NCBI RefSeq assembly: GCF_044704955.1
Contig: NC_091994.1
Location: forward strand, 40,052,001 to 40,116,000
Length of the DNA stretch: 64,000 nt
Origin: Pristiophorus japonicus
Taxonomy: Eukaryota
Direction: 5' to 3'
Part shown: piece after piece, positions 11,445 through 23,492 of the stretch
Numbering within the stretch: the first letter of the stretch is position 1
How the letters are laid out: each line of letters opens with the position of its first letter
Position numbers and translations under genes: made by a program
Notes under the pieces: model-generated
Seen by the model: the letters and a program-made list of their open reading frames with translations, nothing else
The model's database searches: none
Told to the model about the DNA's origin: nothing

Positions 11445-13684
11445 TCATGGGGGAAGCATTGGGCTTCCCACTGCATACAGCAGTGCCCAGCTTTCATAAG
11501 AACATAAGAAATAGGAGCAGGAGTAGGCCATTTGGCACCTCGAGCTTGCTCCACCATTTAATACGATCATGGCTGATCCGATCATGAACTCAGGTCCACT
11601 TCCCCGCCCGCTTCCCATAACCCCCTTATCGGTTAAGAAACTGTCTACCTCTGTCTTAAATTTATTCAATGACTGAGCTTCCACAGCTCTCTGAGGCAGC
11701 AAATTCCACAGATTTACAACCCTCTGAGAGAAAAAATTACTCCTCATCTCAGTTTTAAATGGGAGACCCCTTATTCTTCTGAATTACAATGAGTAGAGGC
11801 CCAACCTACGCAACCTTTCCTCATAAGTCAACCCCCACATCTCCGGAATCAACCTAGTGAACCTTCTCTGAACTGCCTCCAAAGCAAGTATTTCGTAAAT
11901 ATGGAAACCAAAACTGCAAGCTGTATTCCAGGTGTGGCCTTACCAATACCCTATATAGCTGTAGCATGACTTCACTGCTTTTATACTCCATCCCCTTTGC
12001 AATAAAGGCCAAGATTCCATTGGCCTTCCTGATCACTTGCTGTCCCTGCATACTAACCTTATGTGTTTCATTCATTTCCTGATCCTTGCCCATAACCTGC
12101 CATGCGGGCACTAGAAGTTCCAACGGGTCTTCTACCTTCTCTCTCTCCGCCTCTACTTCCCGTGGTTTTGACCTAGAGGGACCCCCATGTCCTGGTTTTT
12201 CTTTTCTTGGGAACTTGCACTCCTTGCTCCAGTGTCCCATTCTCCCACAACTAAAGCACGCCTAGGATCTGTTCACATTGCCCCCCTCCTGCTTCCATTC
12301 TATTCTACCATCCACGCTTCCCTTCATCTCGTGCACTTTTCTCTTCTATCTATTCTCTTCCCCCCCGGTTGGATTTAAAAGCCAGAGTCAGTTTCTTTAA
12401 CACGCCTGGCTCTGTATTATTAACGTCCTCGGGGTCAAACCATGATTCCGCCCTCGCCCTGATTCGTGGAGAGCTGTTAGCCACTAGAGTCTTGAACCAA
12501 TGATTCCTGGGAGCCCCTAACAAATGTGCTCGGGTTAGATATCCCCCCATCGCTTTCAGATACACGGGCCATAACCTGTGTCTGCAAATGCATCCGGAGC
12601 CTCGCCAGCCAGCTGTCTGGTCTGCTCGACCTGCAAGAATGGGCTGCCTTGGCTATGTCCCAGCGCCATTAAAATTTCGACCGTTACCCCATCCAGAGTA
12701 CCCTCTCCTAACTTAGTGGCTGCCGACAAACCCTGGTCCAGCTTCCCATCTAGGGAGAACAGTATCATCTTTCTCACTTCATCGTCGTCACAATTATTGA
12801 TCCCCCCTATCTGCTCTACATAGGCAAAATGACCAGAGGCATCCCGTCCATGCTTCAGTTTCAGCACACTGGTCATCATTTCCTGCAACTGGAGGGATGT
12901 ATATGGGAGCACATAATCACTCTGCAATGGTCCCTCACCACCGCCTTGTGGGAGTGGATCGAACTTTTGCTGTCGCAGGGGGCACATCGGTCCCGTGATC
13001 CTGGTACTTTGGGAGCCGGCCGACCCTCACTATACCCATCATCGGGCTCCTTTTCCTCCTCTTCATCCCAGTCTACCCCAAATGCCCCTCGTGCCATGAG
13101 ACAAGCCTTACCCCGGCCCCAGATAATGCTAGGGTTAACTTAGGGATTTTTTCATTACAGGGCCAGTGATTGGCCTCTTCATGTAGCCTGTTTATGGCTA
13201 CCCTGTCTGCCACCTTTATACCTTTTAACTGCCCTCAGCCTTGTCAGTTCCTATTTCCTTTCTCACGCTGAGCCTGACACTGCCTTCTACTTTCGGTGGC
13301 CTGACATTGCAGGTACTTTATCATGTTTCTAGCCGTTTCTTCCTGCGCTTTCCTCTCCTGCCTTTCAATGCTAAATCTGCTGCCAGCCAGTTCGCTACGG
13401 CCTCTCTCACTGCTGCCCTACTTTCTGATTCCTGTTTCTCTTTTTCTAAACGCTCAATTTGCTCCGTCAGTATCTGAATTTGTTTCTTCACACATATTAA
13501 CCAAATCGCCTTTTCCTTCGATTTCTTATGTTTGCTACTCCCCGTCCACTCTTAATGCTTTCTCATATGGACAGTCAGCGTATAACACTTCTAACACCCA
13601 GTGCTCAGAAATGTTTACTTTTCCAAATACATACGAGGATATCCTATCCTCCATCGCAGGTTTCTTGCTCTTAACCCTGTCCAT
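11445..13684 (-). pseudogene. gag: ERV gag remnant (interrupted by CR1)
   Basis: ATG at 13684 just after the PBS; charged coiled-coil-like segment; capsid-like ORFs 12350-12987; zinc knuckle CFSCGRMGHWSKEC at ~12215-12260. Confidence 0.82.
11495..12072 (-). mobile_element. CR1 3' fragment inserted at the end of ERV gag
   Basis: cataagaacataagaa tail; VIRKANGILAFIAKGMEYKS...LVRPHLEY; internal deletion near 11777. Confidence 0.9.
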
Positions 13685-13708
13685 AATTATTGTTCTAAAC
13701 CTTGAACG

Positions 13709-13726
13709 CCCTGCCAGCGGTCACCA
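13709..13726 (-). promoter_or_regulatory. ERV primer-binding site, tRNA-Arg(TCG)-like
   Basis: TGGTGACCGCTGGCAGGG, 4 nt after the 5' LTR; the complement of vertebrate tRNA-Arg-TCG 3' end as recalled is TGGCGACCGCGGCAGG (one CpG transition, one extra T). Confidence 0.7.
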
Positions 13727-13730
13727 ATTC

Positions 13731-14770
13731 TGTAAGGGTTTCTAAATACCTAGTTCCCCGCTACACGTTCTTTGACATCAGGATTTATAAGAACAAAATT
13801 ACATATGGGACAGGGTTTTTGGCTCAACCAAGATTTGTTTGTTTTACTGAACATTCACACACGATTACCTCCCCTGTATAAATCACTACGATCTATGTGG
13901 GACTAACAAACCCCACAATACAAACCCTTACCAAAAGGTCATTTACATCGGCACAACTCGACACGGTTAAACCCGTTGGTGATTTGACTGTTACACATAA
14001 AGTTACCCAGACTCAATCACAAAACCCTTGTATGATTTGGCTGGAACAAACATACAATCACCAATTCCTCGGCTGTCTTCTGAGGTTGACTGTAGGGCCT
14101 TTTCTTGGTGGCAGCTTGTGTCCCGAAGACTGTCTGGCTTCTGTAGCTGTTCCTGTGCTGCTTCCTGTACTGCTGTGCCTTGCCTTCGAAAATGGGTCTT
14201 CTTTATACCAAAAACCAACTTGCAATCTTGGAACAGATTTAACACGATGGTAGCATCAAATGTGAACTCTTGATGGTTAATTGTCCCTCATTTGAATCAT
14301 TGTCCATGATTACTTAGGCCACTCCCTATCTGTAGAGTGAGGTCCTTTATAAAGTAACCTTCCCAAGGTGACTTAATTGTTGGTTTCTAGTAGCATTCAC
14401 ATTCAAATGGTTCAGGGTCTGGTCCATTGTGTAGGCCTACACTAATATCAGCCTTTCTGGAGCCATGGTTCAAGGTACGTTTTTTTAACAATGTATCCCC
14501 GTAAGGTAAATGAATATGTGAATGTCCCTCTATCTTTTCAGACAGAAAACCATTGAAGGTGTATTTGTCTCTCTTCTGGTGCCATTGTCTAGTGATTTAT
14601 ATCGATGGCAGATATCCTGTATCATTGTTTCCCATGATGTCTGATGGTTGGGCTGCATGTATGAATTAATCCTTTCCTGCCCTGCTACTTTTGCGGGATG
14701 TAATACAGTTCTGGCTATTTATATTTAATAGTCCAATATTTACCATTGGATGGGAGGAATGGATCCTACA
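13731..14770 (-). repeat. ERV 5' LTR (1040 bp)
   Basis: Direct repeat of 3789-4814. Confidence 0.95.
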
Positions 14771-15061
14771 ACATTAAACCAAGGCCCTGTCTGCTGTCTC
14801 AGGTGGATGTAAAAGATCCCATGGCACTATTTTGAAGAAGAACAAGGCACTTATCCCGGTGACCTGGCCAATATTTATCCCTCGATCAACATAACAAAAC
14901 AGATTATCTGGTCATTATCTCATTGCTGTTTGTGGGAGCTTGCTGTGCACAAATTGGCTGCCGTGTTTCCTACATTACAACAATGACTACACTTCAAAAG
15001 TACTTCATTGGCTGTAAAGGTTGTGAAAGGTGCTATATAAATGCAAGTCTTCCTTTCTTTT
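14771..15061 (+). mobile_element. DeuSINE 3' part (continuation of 3655-3788)
   Basis: Deu core and tail gtgctatataaatgcaagtctt. Confidence 0.88.
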
Positions 15062-15099
15062 GTGGAGACTGGGGTTGTCTTCTAATTATCCATTCTAAA

Positions 15100-15550
15100 A
15101 GTGATGGGTTAGCTAGTAGATGCATCATCCAAAGTGTGTGACTAAGCCAGATAGATCAGCAAGAGCCCAGGTTCCCTTTGTAGTTTAAGTTCTATTTGCT
15201 GATGTCCTCTGCGAGACTACAATTGGCCAAAGTGTCCCTGAGCCAGAGCAATGTGGGTTCTGAGTATGAATAAAGATATGGTAAAGAGTTAAGCTTCCCG
15301 TTGCTGTTCACTCTTCGTGGAAAGCGCCTGTGTGGAAGTCTGGTGATGGCAGGATTGGGTTCAGCTGTGATGCCCCTCCATAGTCGAATAACCCATCAAT
15401 ACAGATTGGCTAGGCTTACTCCTGAAGAATGCCCTCTTGAAAAATTTAGGAGGAGGGTTGCAGGCACATATGGAACTGTACCACAGCAAGCGTCAGTACC
15501 TTCAGGAGACAATTGGAAGAGTTGTGGGGTGGGGTAGATTTATAAACCAC
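15100..15550 (+). mobile_element. Ancient SINE-like repeat, unnamed
   Basis: Diverged homology to 59990-60250 and 62470-62690 (ggat..g..c.gctgtgatgcc ... ggcac.tgtggaa). Confidence 0.5.
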
Positions 15551-16127
15551 TCAATCTGTCACACTGTAAGCAAAGCATCTGAAGCCTGCTGTATCTCCAT
15601 AAGACACTTCAGGATCGCCATTGTTCTCTTTGACAGTCATAAAACCACAGGGTATGTAATTGCAAAGTTATTACTGTAGTTCCACTGACATTATAATCAG
15701 GAAGTTATTTATTGGTAGTACACTGTTAGTTACAAAACTACGATGAGACACGATCCATCACTTGCCGTACCATGTAATTGCATTGTTATTTCTGGATGCC
15801 TGCTAGTAACATGTTGCTAAAAAGTGAAGTTTGTTAAATTTGTTTCTAATACAGCCTATGTTAATCAAATTAAGTGTTTCTGGAATTTGAACAATTGTAC
15901 ATTTGTTTGGTACTGAAGGTTCATTCAACGCTCCCCAAGGGTTGAGTGAGTAAATGCACCATTTAACGTGAAGCTCAGCTGTTCAGAGCAGAAAGGGCCC
16001 AGGCTCAATCCCTGGTCTGTTGTAAGTCTGCCCGGGGCGGCGGTAGAGGGATGTTACCATTGGTCTCAGCTCCCAAACAGAAAATAACAAGCCGCCAGGT
16101 TTACTGCTCTTGATTGCTATCTGTAAT

Positions 16128-16832
16128 GGGCCAAAAATTGCGGTCAGAGGCTTCCTTCGTACGAATGTCTCTGACCCGAAAAAAATCTACGAAAGTACCT
16201 GTTGGTCCTGGAGGAACATAGGATTCCGGCCTGTGGCCTTCATTCGCTGTGCAGCGCACGGGAAGATGCCTTCCATGTACGACACATTTACTGGAGTCAT
16301 GTGGGCCTGGACCACCAATCACTATCCAGTGTTCTCATTGATAAAAATGGGAACTCCGTTTGTACAAGCTCCCATTACTATCAATGAGAATACTCCCCTA
16401 AAACACCAAAACACAGCACAATAAATAAAAAAAACACCTCACATATTTAAAATTAATTTAAATTAAATGGAATTAACTGTTTTCGAAAAAAATATTTTGG
16501 GGGATTTTTTTAACATGTTTTAATAGGGTTAAAAATTAAACTTACCTTAATGGACAGGGTTTTTAAAATAAAAATGTATGATTACATTTAATTTTTCGAT
16601 GTTTTACCAGGCGTAAAAGTTTGAAGGGCATTCTCTGGGCAAATAGCCCAATCTCTGCCGCGCGAGTATCCTTCTCCCGGGGATGTGTAGAATCTGCCTC
16701 AAGAAATTTTGACAAATCGGAAAAGCTGGTTCTCGGCACATGCGCATCGTGCACCAAGAACCGGCTTTTGCGAGACGTCGCCGGGTATGTGCGCACTTCG
16801 TACGGATCCAGAGAGGCCACAATTTTCAGCCC
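16128..16832. mobile_element. PIF/Harbinger-like MITE
   Basis: Imperfect TIRs GGGCCAAAAATTGCGG / CCACAATTTTCAGCCC; 3-bp TSD AAT. Confidence 0.75.
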
Positions 16833-17317
16833 AATGTATTTGCTTCATGGTTTCTTTGCTGAAGAATTCATAGCAACGCATTGCTATTAAGAACTAAATG
16901 GTTTAGTAACAAAAGTTTAACAATCACACTGCACATTACCAGTTCATCCACTCGATCCAGTGGCCCTCTGCTAGGAAATGTGTCGGTGAGACTGCCAAGT
17001 GAGGCCATCCACTCCTCCCTCCCCCATGGTGGCTTATGGCCTACCAACATTCATTGAAGATGTGTGGGACTTCAGCATTTTGTGTACATGCTGAGAGGGC
17101 ACAGGAAGCAAGGTGCAAGCAGAATGGGAAGGTGTGCAATGGGAAGCGAGTGTCTGCATTGTGATGTGAGAAAGAACTAGCTGATTCTGCAAAGGCTACC
17201 AAATGACAAGAGAATAATGATAGGGGCTGCTGTGCAGGGAGCGAAAAACAAGTGAGTATGTGTTTGGAATAAGAACAAGAGATGATATAGTGTGTCCTTA
17301 TGTTTGATGGTGAAGGA

Positions 17318-18030
17318 TGTACATCAGTCATTGAAGGTTGGCATGCAGGTACAGCAGGCGGTTAAGAAAGCAAATGGCATGTTGGCCTTCATAGCGAGGG
17401 GATTTGAGTACAGGAGCAGAGAGGTGTTGCTACAGTTGTACAGGGCCTTGGTGAGGCCACACCTGGAGTATTGTGTACAGTTTTGGTCTCCTAACTTGAG
17501 GTAGGACATTCTTGCTATTGAGGGGGTGCAGCGAAGATTCACCAGACTGATTCCCGGGATGGTGGGACTGACCTATCAAGAAAGACTGGATCAACTGGGC
17601 TTGTATTCACTGGAGTTCAGAAGAATGAGAGGGGACCTCATAGAAACGTTTAAAATTCTGGCAGGTTTAGACAGGTTAGATGCAGGAAGAATGTTCCCAA
17701 TGTTGGGGAAGTCCAGAACCAGGGGTCACAGTCTAAGGATAAGGGGTAAGCCATTTAGGACCGAGATAAGGAGAAACTTCTTCACCCAGAGAGTGGTGAA
17801 CCTGTGGAATTCTCTACCACAGAAAGTAGTTGAGGCCAATTCACTAAATATATTCAAAAGGGAGTTAGATGAAGTCCTTACTACTCGGGGGATCAAGGGG
17901 TATGGCGAGAAAGCAGGAAGTGGGTACTGAAGTTTCATGTTCAGCCATGAACTCATTGAATGGCGGTGCAGGCTAGAAGGGCTGAATGGCCTGCTCCTGC
18001 ACCTATTTTCTATGTTTCTTTGTTTCTATG
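17318..18030 (+). mobile_element. CR1 LINE 3' fragment
   Basis: [33 protein letters not shown]; tail tctatgtttc. Confidence 0.93.
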
Positions 18031-18977
18031 TGATGGAGGGGAGGGAATTGTTCAGAGTGCAGGGGGTGGGGTGCGGGGGGTGGGGGTGGGTGGCAGGGAG
18101 GACTGTTGCTGTATGTTATAGAGCAATGAAGAGCTGTGAGATAATTGAACCATCCATGTTCTGGAGTTGATGATCCTGGAGTTGTCAATCTATGCGATCT
18201 TTCTCCAGGCCTGGTGTACATTATGTTTAGAGATCCTCTTCTCACTGGCTGGAGATCCCTCCTCGGCCTCACCTCCAGGAAGGCTTCAGAAAACCTGGGG
18301 GCTTGCCTGCAAATCTTCCAGCAACTTACTTGTTCAGCAATGAGACAGCAAAACCATGCAGAAAGGAATGTAAACTTACTATAAAAGGTTCATTCCTGCT
18401 TTAAATAGACCTCTGCATCCTAAAAGCAGTGGGATTTCCTTGTTGGGCCATGATTCCACGCACATAATAACCAGAGAAATTCTAATTCCCAGACAATTAC
18501 CCAGCATCTTTTCGAAGTGGTGAAGTCAATTACTTTTTCCTGGGCTCTGCTCCATACATCTAATGCAATGCCTAAAAATACATGTTTTTCCCCCCTAATC
18601 TCCAGTCTGAATGACACCTGTAGAACTCTTTCTAGCACCTTCAGGATCGGAGAGGACATTGGAGGGAGGAAAAACTAATTACACTGGATACAAAAAAGTG
18701 GAAGTTTTTTTTGTGTTTCAATAGCTCCATCCCTTTGTCTCTTATGAGAACGTATACACTACTGAATAAATGTTACAAGCTCACAGACCCCATGTCATTC
18801 AACAGGAGTGCTGATTAGTCAATCAGCCATACAGGTCAAGAAGTCAAACTTTGTGCCCCTCCCAGATTTAAGGTTTTAATGTAAATTAATGAAAAATTGG
18901 ACGGCTGCAAATCAGGTGACTGATTGTCCAATCTGCCCATCCATTGAGGGAGTCTGTGCTCCAGGAATGCAGCCATA

Positions 18978-19524
18978 GGGGGTGAAATTGAACCTCCTTA
19001 TGCCTATTTTGTGGGCTGAATACAGGGGCATAGAGGCTTCATTTAAGGGGCCACCCTCCTGCACCCGAATATCATTGGAAACACATCCAACGCCACATTC
19101 ATTCAGGCACGCTACAGGCATCACTGGCGTCAGCCTAAAACAGGCTCTATTCCCCTTGACTATGCTAATAAAGGCTCTCATGCCTGCTTTAGGGCATATT
19201 CAGGAAGCCGGGTGGCTCTGAGTGGAGCAGGCATCGGGCCAGCACCCTCAGGATTACTTGGGATACATGGTCCTCAGCCCACATTCTATAGCACTCCCAA
19301 GCACTCCCAAGAGGTGCCCCACTCGTCCCCCTCCTGATCACCGCCCTCCAGCCCCAGATTACCCTGAGCTTCGCCGGTGAGTTTGCCAGGCGATGCGCGG
19401 TAGGCGTCTGCAGCTCACTGGTCTTATCAAAATGAGGCCCAATCAAACCTTGGGCCTACCTATAGCGGTGCAGGGATGGCAGCCAGTTTGCATTGGCAGG
19501 CCAACGCAAACCAATTTCTACCTC
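18978..19524. mobile_element. Harbinger-like MITE (older)
   Basis: GGGGGTGAAATTG ... CAATTTCTACCTC terminal inverted repeats. Confidence 0.55.
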
Positions 19525-20933
19525 ACAAAATTAGCCCCTGCACGTTACTGATTCAACACACTATATCACGGCTACCTGCCTTTCCGTTCAATTCTGTATT
19601 GGTCTCATGCACCTACCATCTTGAATCCTGCTAAAGTACTGACTCTTTTTTGTGGCCTTCCTCTTTGACAGCCATACAAGTGTTAAATCGCAATGCTTCA
19701 CGTGTTTAAAATTCTTCGCAGCTACGCTTGACAATTGCTGCATCAGCCATTAACTAATTGTGAAGTTTTTTCTAGTTTGTAACGTTCCTCCGAGATTTTG
19801 TTTGTGGTTGAAAAATTGATTTTATAAGATGCAGCCTTCTGTAAGGAGAATGTATTATTTGTTGACTTTCTGTTATATGTTTGTTAATGAGCTTTGAAGT
19901 AGCTAGAGGTTTGTGTGTGAAATATCCTTGGGTTATGGATCAAGGCTCCATGAAGAATAATGCTGTTCAATCTTTTAACCTACAGAAGTCTCAGTTAGCA
20001 TATTTCCACCGCATTTCAGGCTGTGGCAGGGACAAGGGTTCATTCTGTAACAGCCTCACTAAATTCGATTGCCTAAGTATTATTTTTTGAAAGTCAAGCA
20101 ACAAGGTGACATTTGTTTTGAGTGATGAATAATGAGCAGTGGGGAGTAATGGCATTTTCCTTTTGTAATTATTAATCTGCTTATTTTAGTTCCCAGTTTC
20201 AGTGGCATTGATGGAAAAGTGAATGATGCTGGAATAGATAAAAAACCTATTTTATTGTGGGTTCAGGCAAGACTATTGATAAAATCTTAGAGTAGCCTTT
20301 ATTATTACAGTATATCATTCACAATTTCAAGAACAACAGCAAAGGACAACAAAAATAAAATGGAGTCTGATGCACCTGTCAGAATAAACGAGTTACTCTC
20401 CTGTGGCTTTGCTCCTGGACATGCTGGGCCTTGTAGTAGATTGTTAATTAAAAAAAAATGTTTATCCAAAGTTGTGCAAAATGCATTGGCTGGGTTCCAG
20501 ATACAATACTGCACAGAGGGGCGGGGTGATGGAGAAGTTATTGCTACCTGTAGCCCTTTCTGTTGCTTGATGTACCAAACAGCAGTTCATCCATTGTACT
20601 AATACAACAAACTTACTGAAGCAACAGAGCACTTGACTAACTGAAAGTAAAAATCTCACATATCTTACTAACACTGAAAGGTACATTAAAAATACACCTT
20701 TTTAATGTTAAAAATACTATTTACTTATTACTTTTCAAAATGTGCTTCAGATAGTGTTGTTGTATTCCGACACCTCTTATACCAAAGTATTTACATTATA
20801 AATATTATGCCATTTTCTCTGTTAGACTCTTTCTCCCCTTTTTACTTCCCAAAGTGAGCTTGCAGTCCTTGTTGAAGATCATCATCATCATAGGCAGTCC
20901 CTCGGAGTCAAGGGTGACTTGCTTCCACTCTAA

Positions 20934-21870
20934 GGGGTCAAGTTTCAGCCACTCGCTAGAAGGGCGCACATCGGAGAGGCCCACCTCATTTATAGAACAA
21001 AAATTGCGCCGAATACTTACCTCACGATTCTCCGATAGCTGTAGGCCCATTTCCACCTCGGCGCTGCGCAGGGGGCGGAGCTACAGCCCTGCACCGAAAA
21101 CAGTGTGGTAGCTGCGCGCGTGCGCAGTAGCTCCCGGCGTCCTGTCTCCGGGGCGACGACCCTATCCCAGGCCGAAGGGACATCGCCCCTATCCCTGGCT
21201 GGGTGGCCTGCGCATCTTACCTCGGTGGCGGGGCCCGCCAGCCTGGCCTCTCGCTGGGGGCGAGCCCCACCTGAAGTCCTCGGTGGGGCCCGGCTTCTTC
21301 GTCGTCTTCTCTCTCCCCACCATCTTCTTCTCTACCCCCCTCCCTCCATCTTCTTCTCTCCCCCACACCCTCTTCTCCCCGGTGCTGCAGTAGGTGAGTA
21401 GAAATAATTTTTAATTTATTGAGTGATTTTTAATTTTTAATTTTTTAATTTATTTGATTGATTTATTGGTTTATTTATTGATTTATTTATCATTTATTAT
21501 TGATGATGGCTCTTTATTTGTAAAAGTGAAGTGTTTAATGTTTGTAAACCCCCCTTCCCCGCCGCCCCCCCATCTTTCGTTCCCTAAGCCTGACTTCTAA
21601 GTGTAAGCAAGGTTTTTCTGAGCGTACAAAAATCTACACTTACTCCATTCTAAGTTAGTTTGGAGTAAGTTTTCGCTGCCTAAACTTGCAAAACAGGCGA
21701 AGGTGCCGGACACGCCCTCTTTTGAAATAAAAATCTGTTCTAAAATGAAACTGTTCTAACTGACTAGAACTGGAGCAAACTAAATGCCAAGAATTGCAAT
21801 TTCTAAGATACTCCATTCTAAACTAGTTGCTCAAAAAAAATAGGAGCAACTCAGGCCGAAATTTGACCCC
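20934..21870. mobile_element. Harbinger-like non-autonomous DNA transposon in the RTE 3' end
   Basis: TIRs GGGGTCAAGTTTC / GAAATTTGACCCC; right half homologous to 27760-28266. Confidence 0.8.
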
Positions 21871-22599
21871 AGAAAGTGAGTTGTCAGGTGACTGAGGAGT
21901 TCAATGCGGGACAGGTGGGGCAGACAGTGGTTGAAGGAACAGGTGGTTGGGGAGCCTGGGCTGAAGCTCCTTCTGCTGCCTACGCTCGCTTTCTGTTTGT
22001 TCTCGGTGATCGTACTCAAAGTGCTCAGTGTCCTCCTGGATGCTCTTCCTCCACTTTGGGTGGTCTTTGGCCAGGGATTCCCAGGTGTCGGTGGGGATGT
22101 TACACTTTGTCAAGGAGGCTTTGAGGTTGTCCTTGAAGCGTTTCCTCTGCCCACCTGGGGCTCTCTTGCCGTGTTGGAGCTCCGCGTAGAGCACTTGCTT
22201 TGGGAGTCTCGTGTCTTGCGGACAATGTGGCCTGCCCAACGGAGCTGATTGAGTGTGGTCAATGCTTCGATGCTGGAGATGTTGGTCTGATCGAGAACAC
22301 TGATGTTGGTGCATCTGTCCTGCCGATGGATTTGCAGGATCTTGCGGAGGCAGCGCTGGTGGTACTTCTCCAGCGCTTTGCGGTGTTTGCTGTATATAGT
22401 CCATATAGAAGGGCGGTTATAACTACTGCCCTGTGGACCTTGAGCTTGGTGCTGGGTTTGAGGTCCTGGTCTACAAACACTCTCTTCCTCAGGTGACCGA
22501 AGGCAGTGTTGGACCTTGTCGATATCTGCCCTTGCTGACAGTAGGCTCCAGAGATATAGAAAATGGTCTATGTTGCCCAAGGCATTATCGTGGATTTTA

Positions 22600-23492
22600 A
22601 TAGAAACATAGAAACATAGAAAATCATTCCCAGTACCCCTTTCCTGCTTTCTCTCCATACCCCTTGATCCCTTTAGCCATAAGGGCCATATCTAACTCCC
22701 TCTTGAATATATCTACCGAACTGGCATCAACAACTCTCTGCGGTAGGGAATTCCACAGGTTAACAACTCTCTGAGTGAAGAAGTTTCTCCTTATCTCAGT
22801 CCTAAATGGCTTACCCCTTATCCTTAGATTATGTCCCCTGGTTCTGGACTTCCCCAACATCGGGAACATTCTTCCTGCATCTAACCTGTCCAGTCCCATC
22901 AGAATTTTATATGTTTCTATGAGATCCCCTCTCATCCTTCTAAACTCCAGTGAATACAGGCCCAGTCCTGCCATCTCGGGAATCAGTCTGGTGAACCTTC
23001 GCTGCACTCCCTCAATAGCAAGAACGTCCTTCCTCAGATTAGGAGACCAAAACTGAACACAATATTCCAGGTGAGGCCTCACCAAGGCCCTGTACAACTG
23101 CAGTAAGACCTCCCTGCTCCTATACTCAAATCCCCTCGCTATGAAGGCCAACATGCCATTTGCCTTCTTCACTGACTGCTGTACCTGCATGCCAACCTTC
23201 AATGACTGATGTACCATGACACCCAGGTCTCGTTGCACCTCCCCTTTTCCTAATCTGCCACCATTCAGATAATATTCTGCCTCCGTGTTTTTACAACCAA
23301 AGTGGATAACTTCACATTTATCCACATTATACTGCATCTGCCATGCGTTTGCCGACTCACCTAACCTGTCCAAGTCACCCTGTAGCCTCTTAGCATCATC
23401 CTCACAGCTCACACCGCCACCCAGCTTTGTGTCATCTGCAAACTTGGAGACATTACACTCAATTCCCTCATCCAAATCATTAATCTATATTG
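22600..23492 (-). mobile_element. CR1 LINE 3' fragment nested in RTE
   Basis: 283-aa ORF with SKFADDTKL ... [13 protein letters not shown]; (atagaaac)n tail. Confidence 0.93.

Larger units (their letters stand above)
3789..14770 (-). mobile_element. Endogenous retrovirus, decayed and internally deleted, with spumavirus-related RT (lokiretrovirus- or SnRV-like candidate)
   Basis: Paired ~1-kb LTRs with TGT...ACA ends, 4-bp TSD (ATGT/ACAT from ACGT), PBS, PPT, and gag-pro-RT-env remnants in retroviral order. Confidence 0.92.

Noticed and set aside
3789-14770. Calling the ERV a true foamy virus
   Set aside because: CCHC knuckle in gag and a non-Lys PBS conflict with spumaviruses; needs phylogeny
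20360-20602. 80-aa ATG ORF in unique sequence
   Set aside because: No motif or splice support; a length expected by chance
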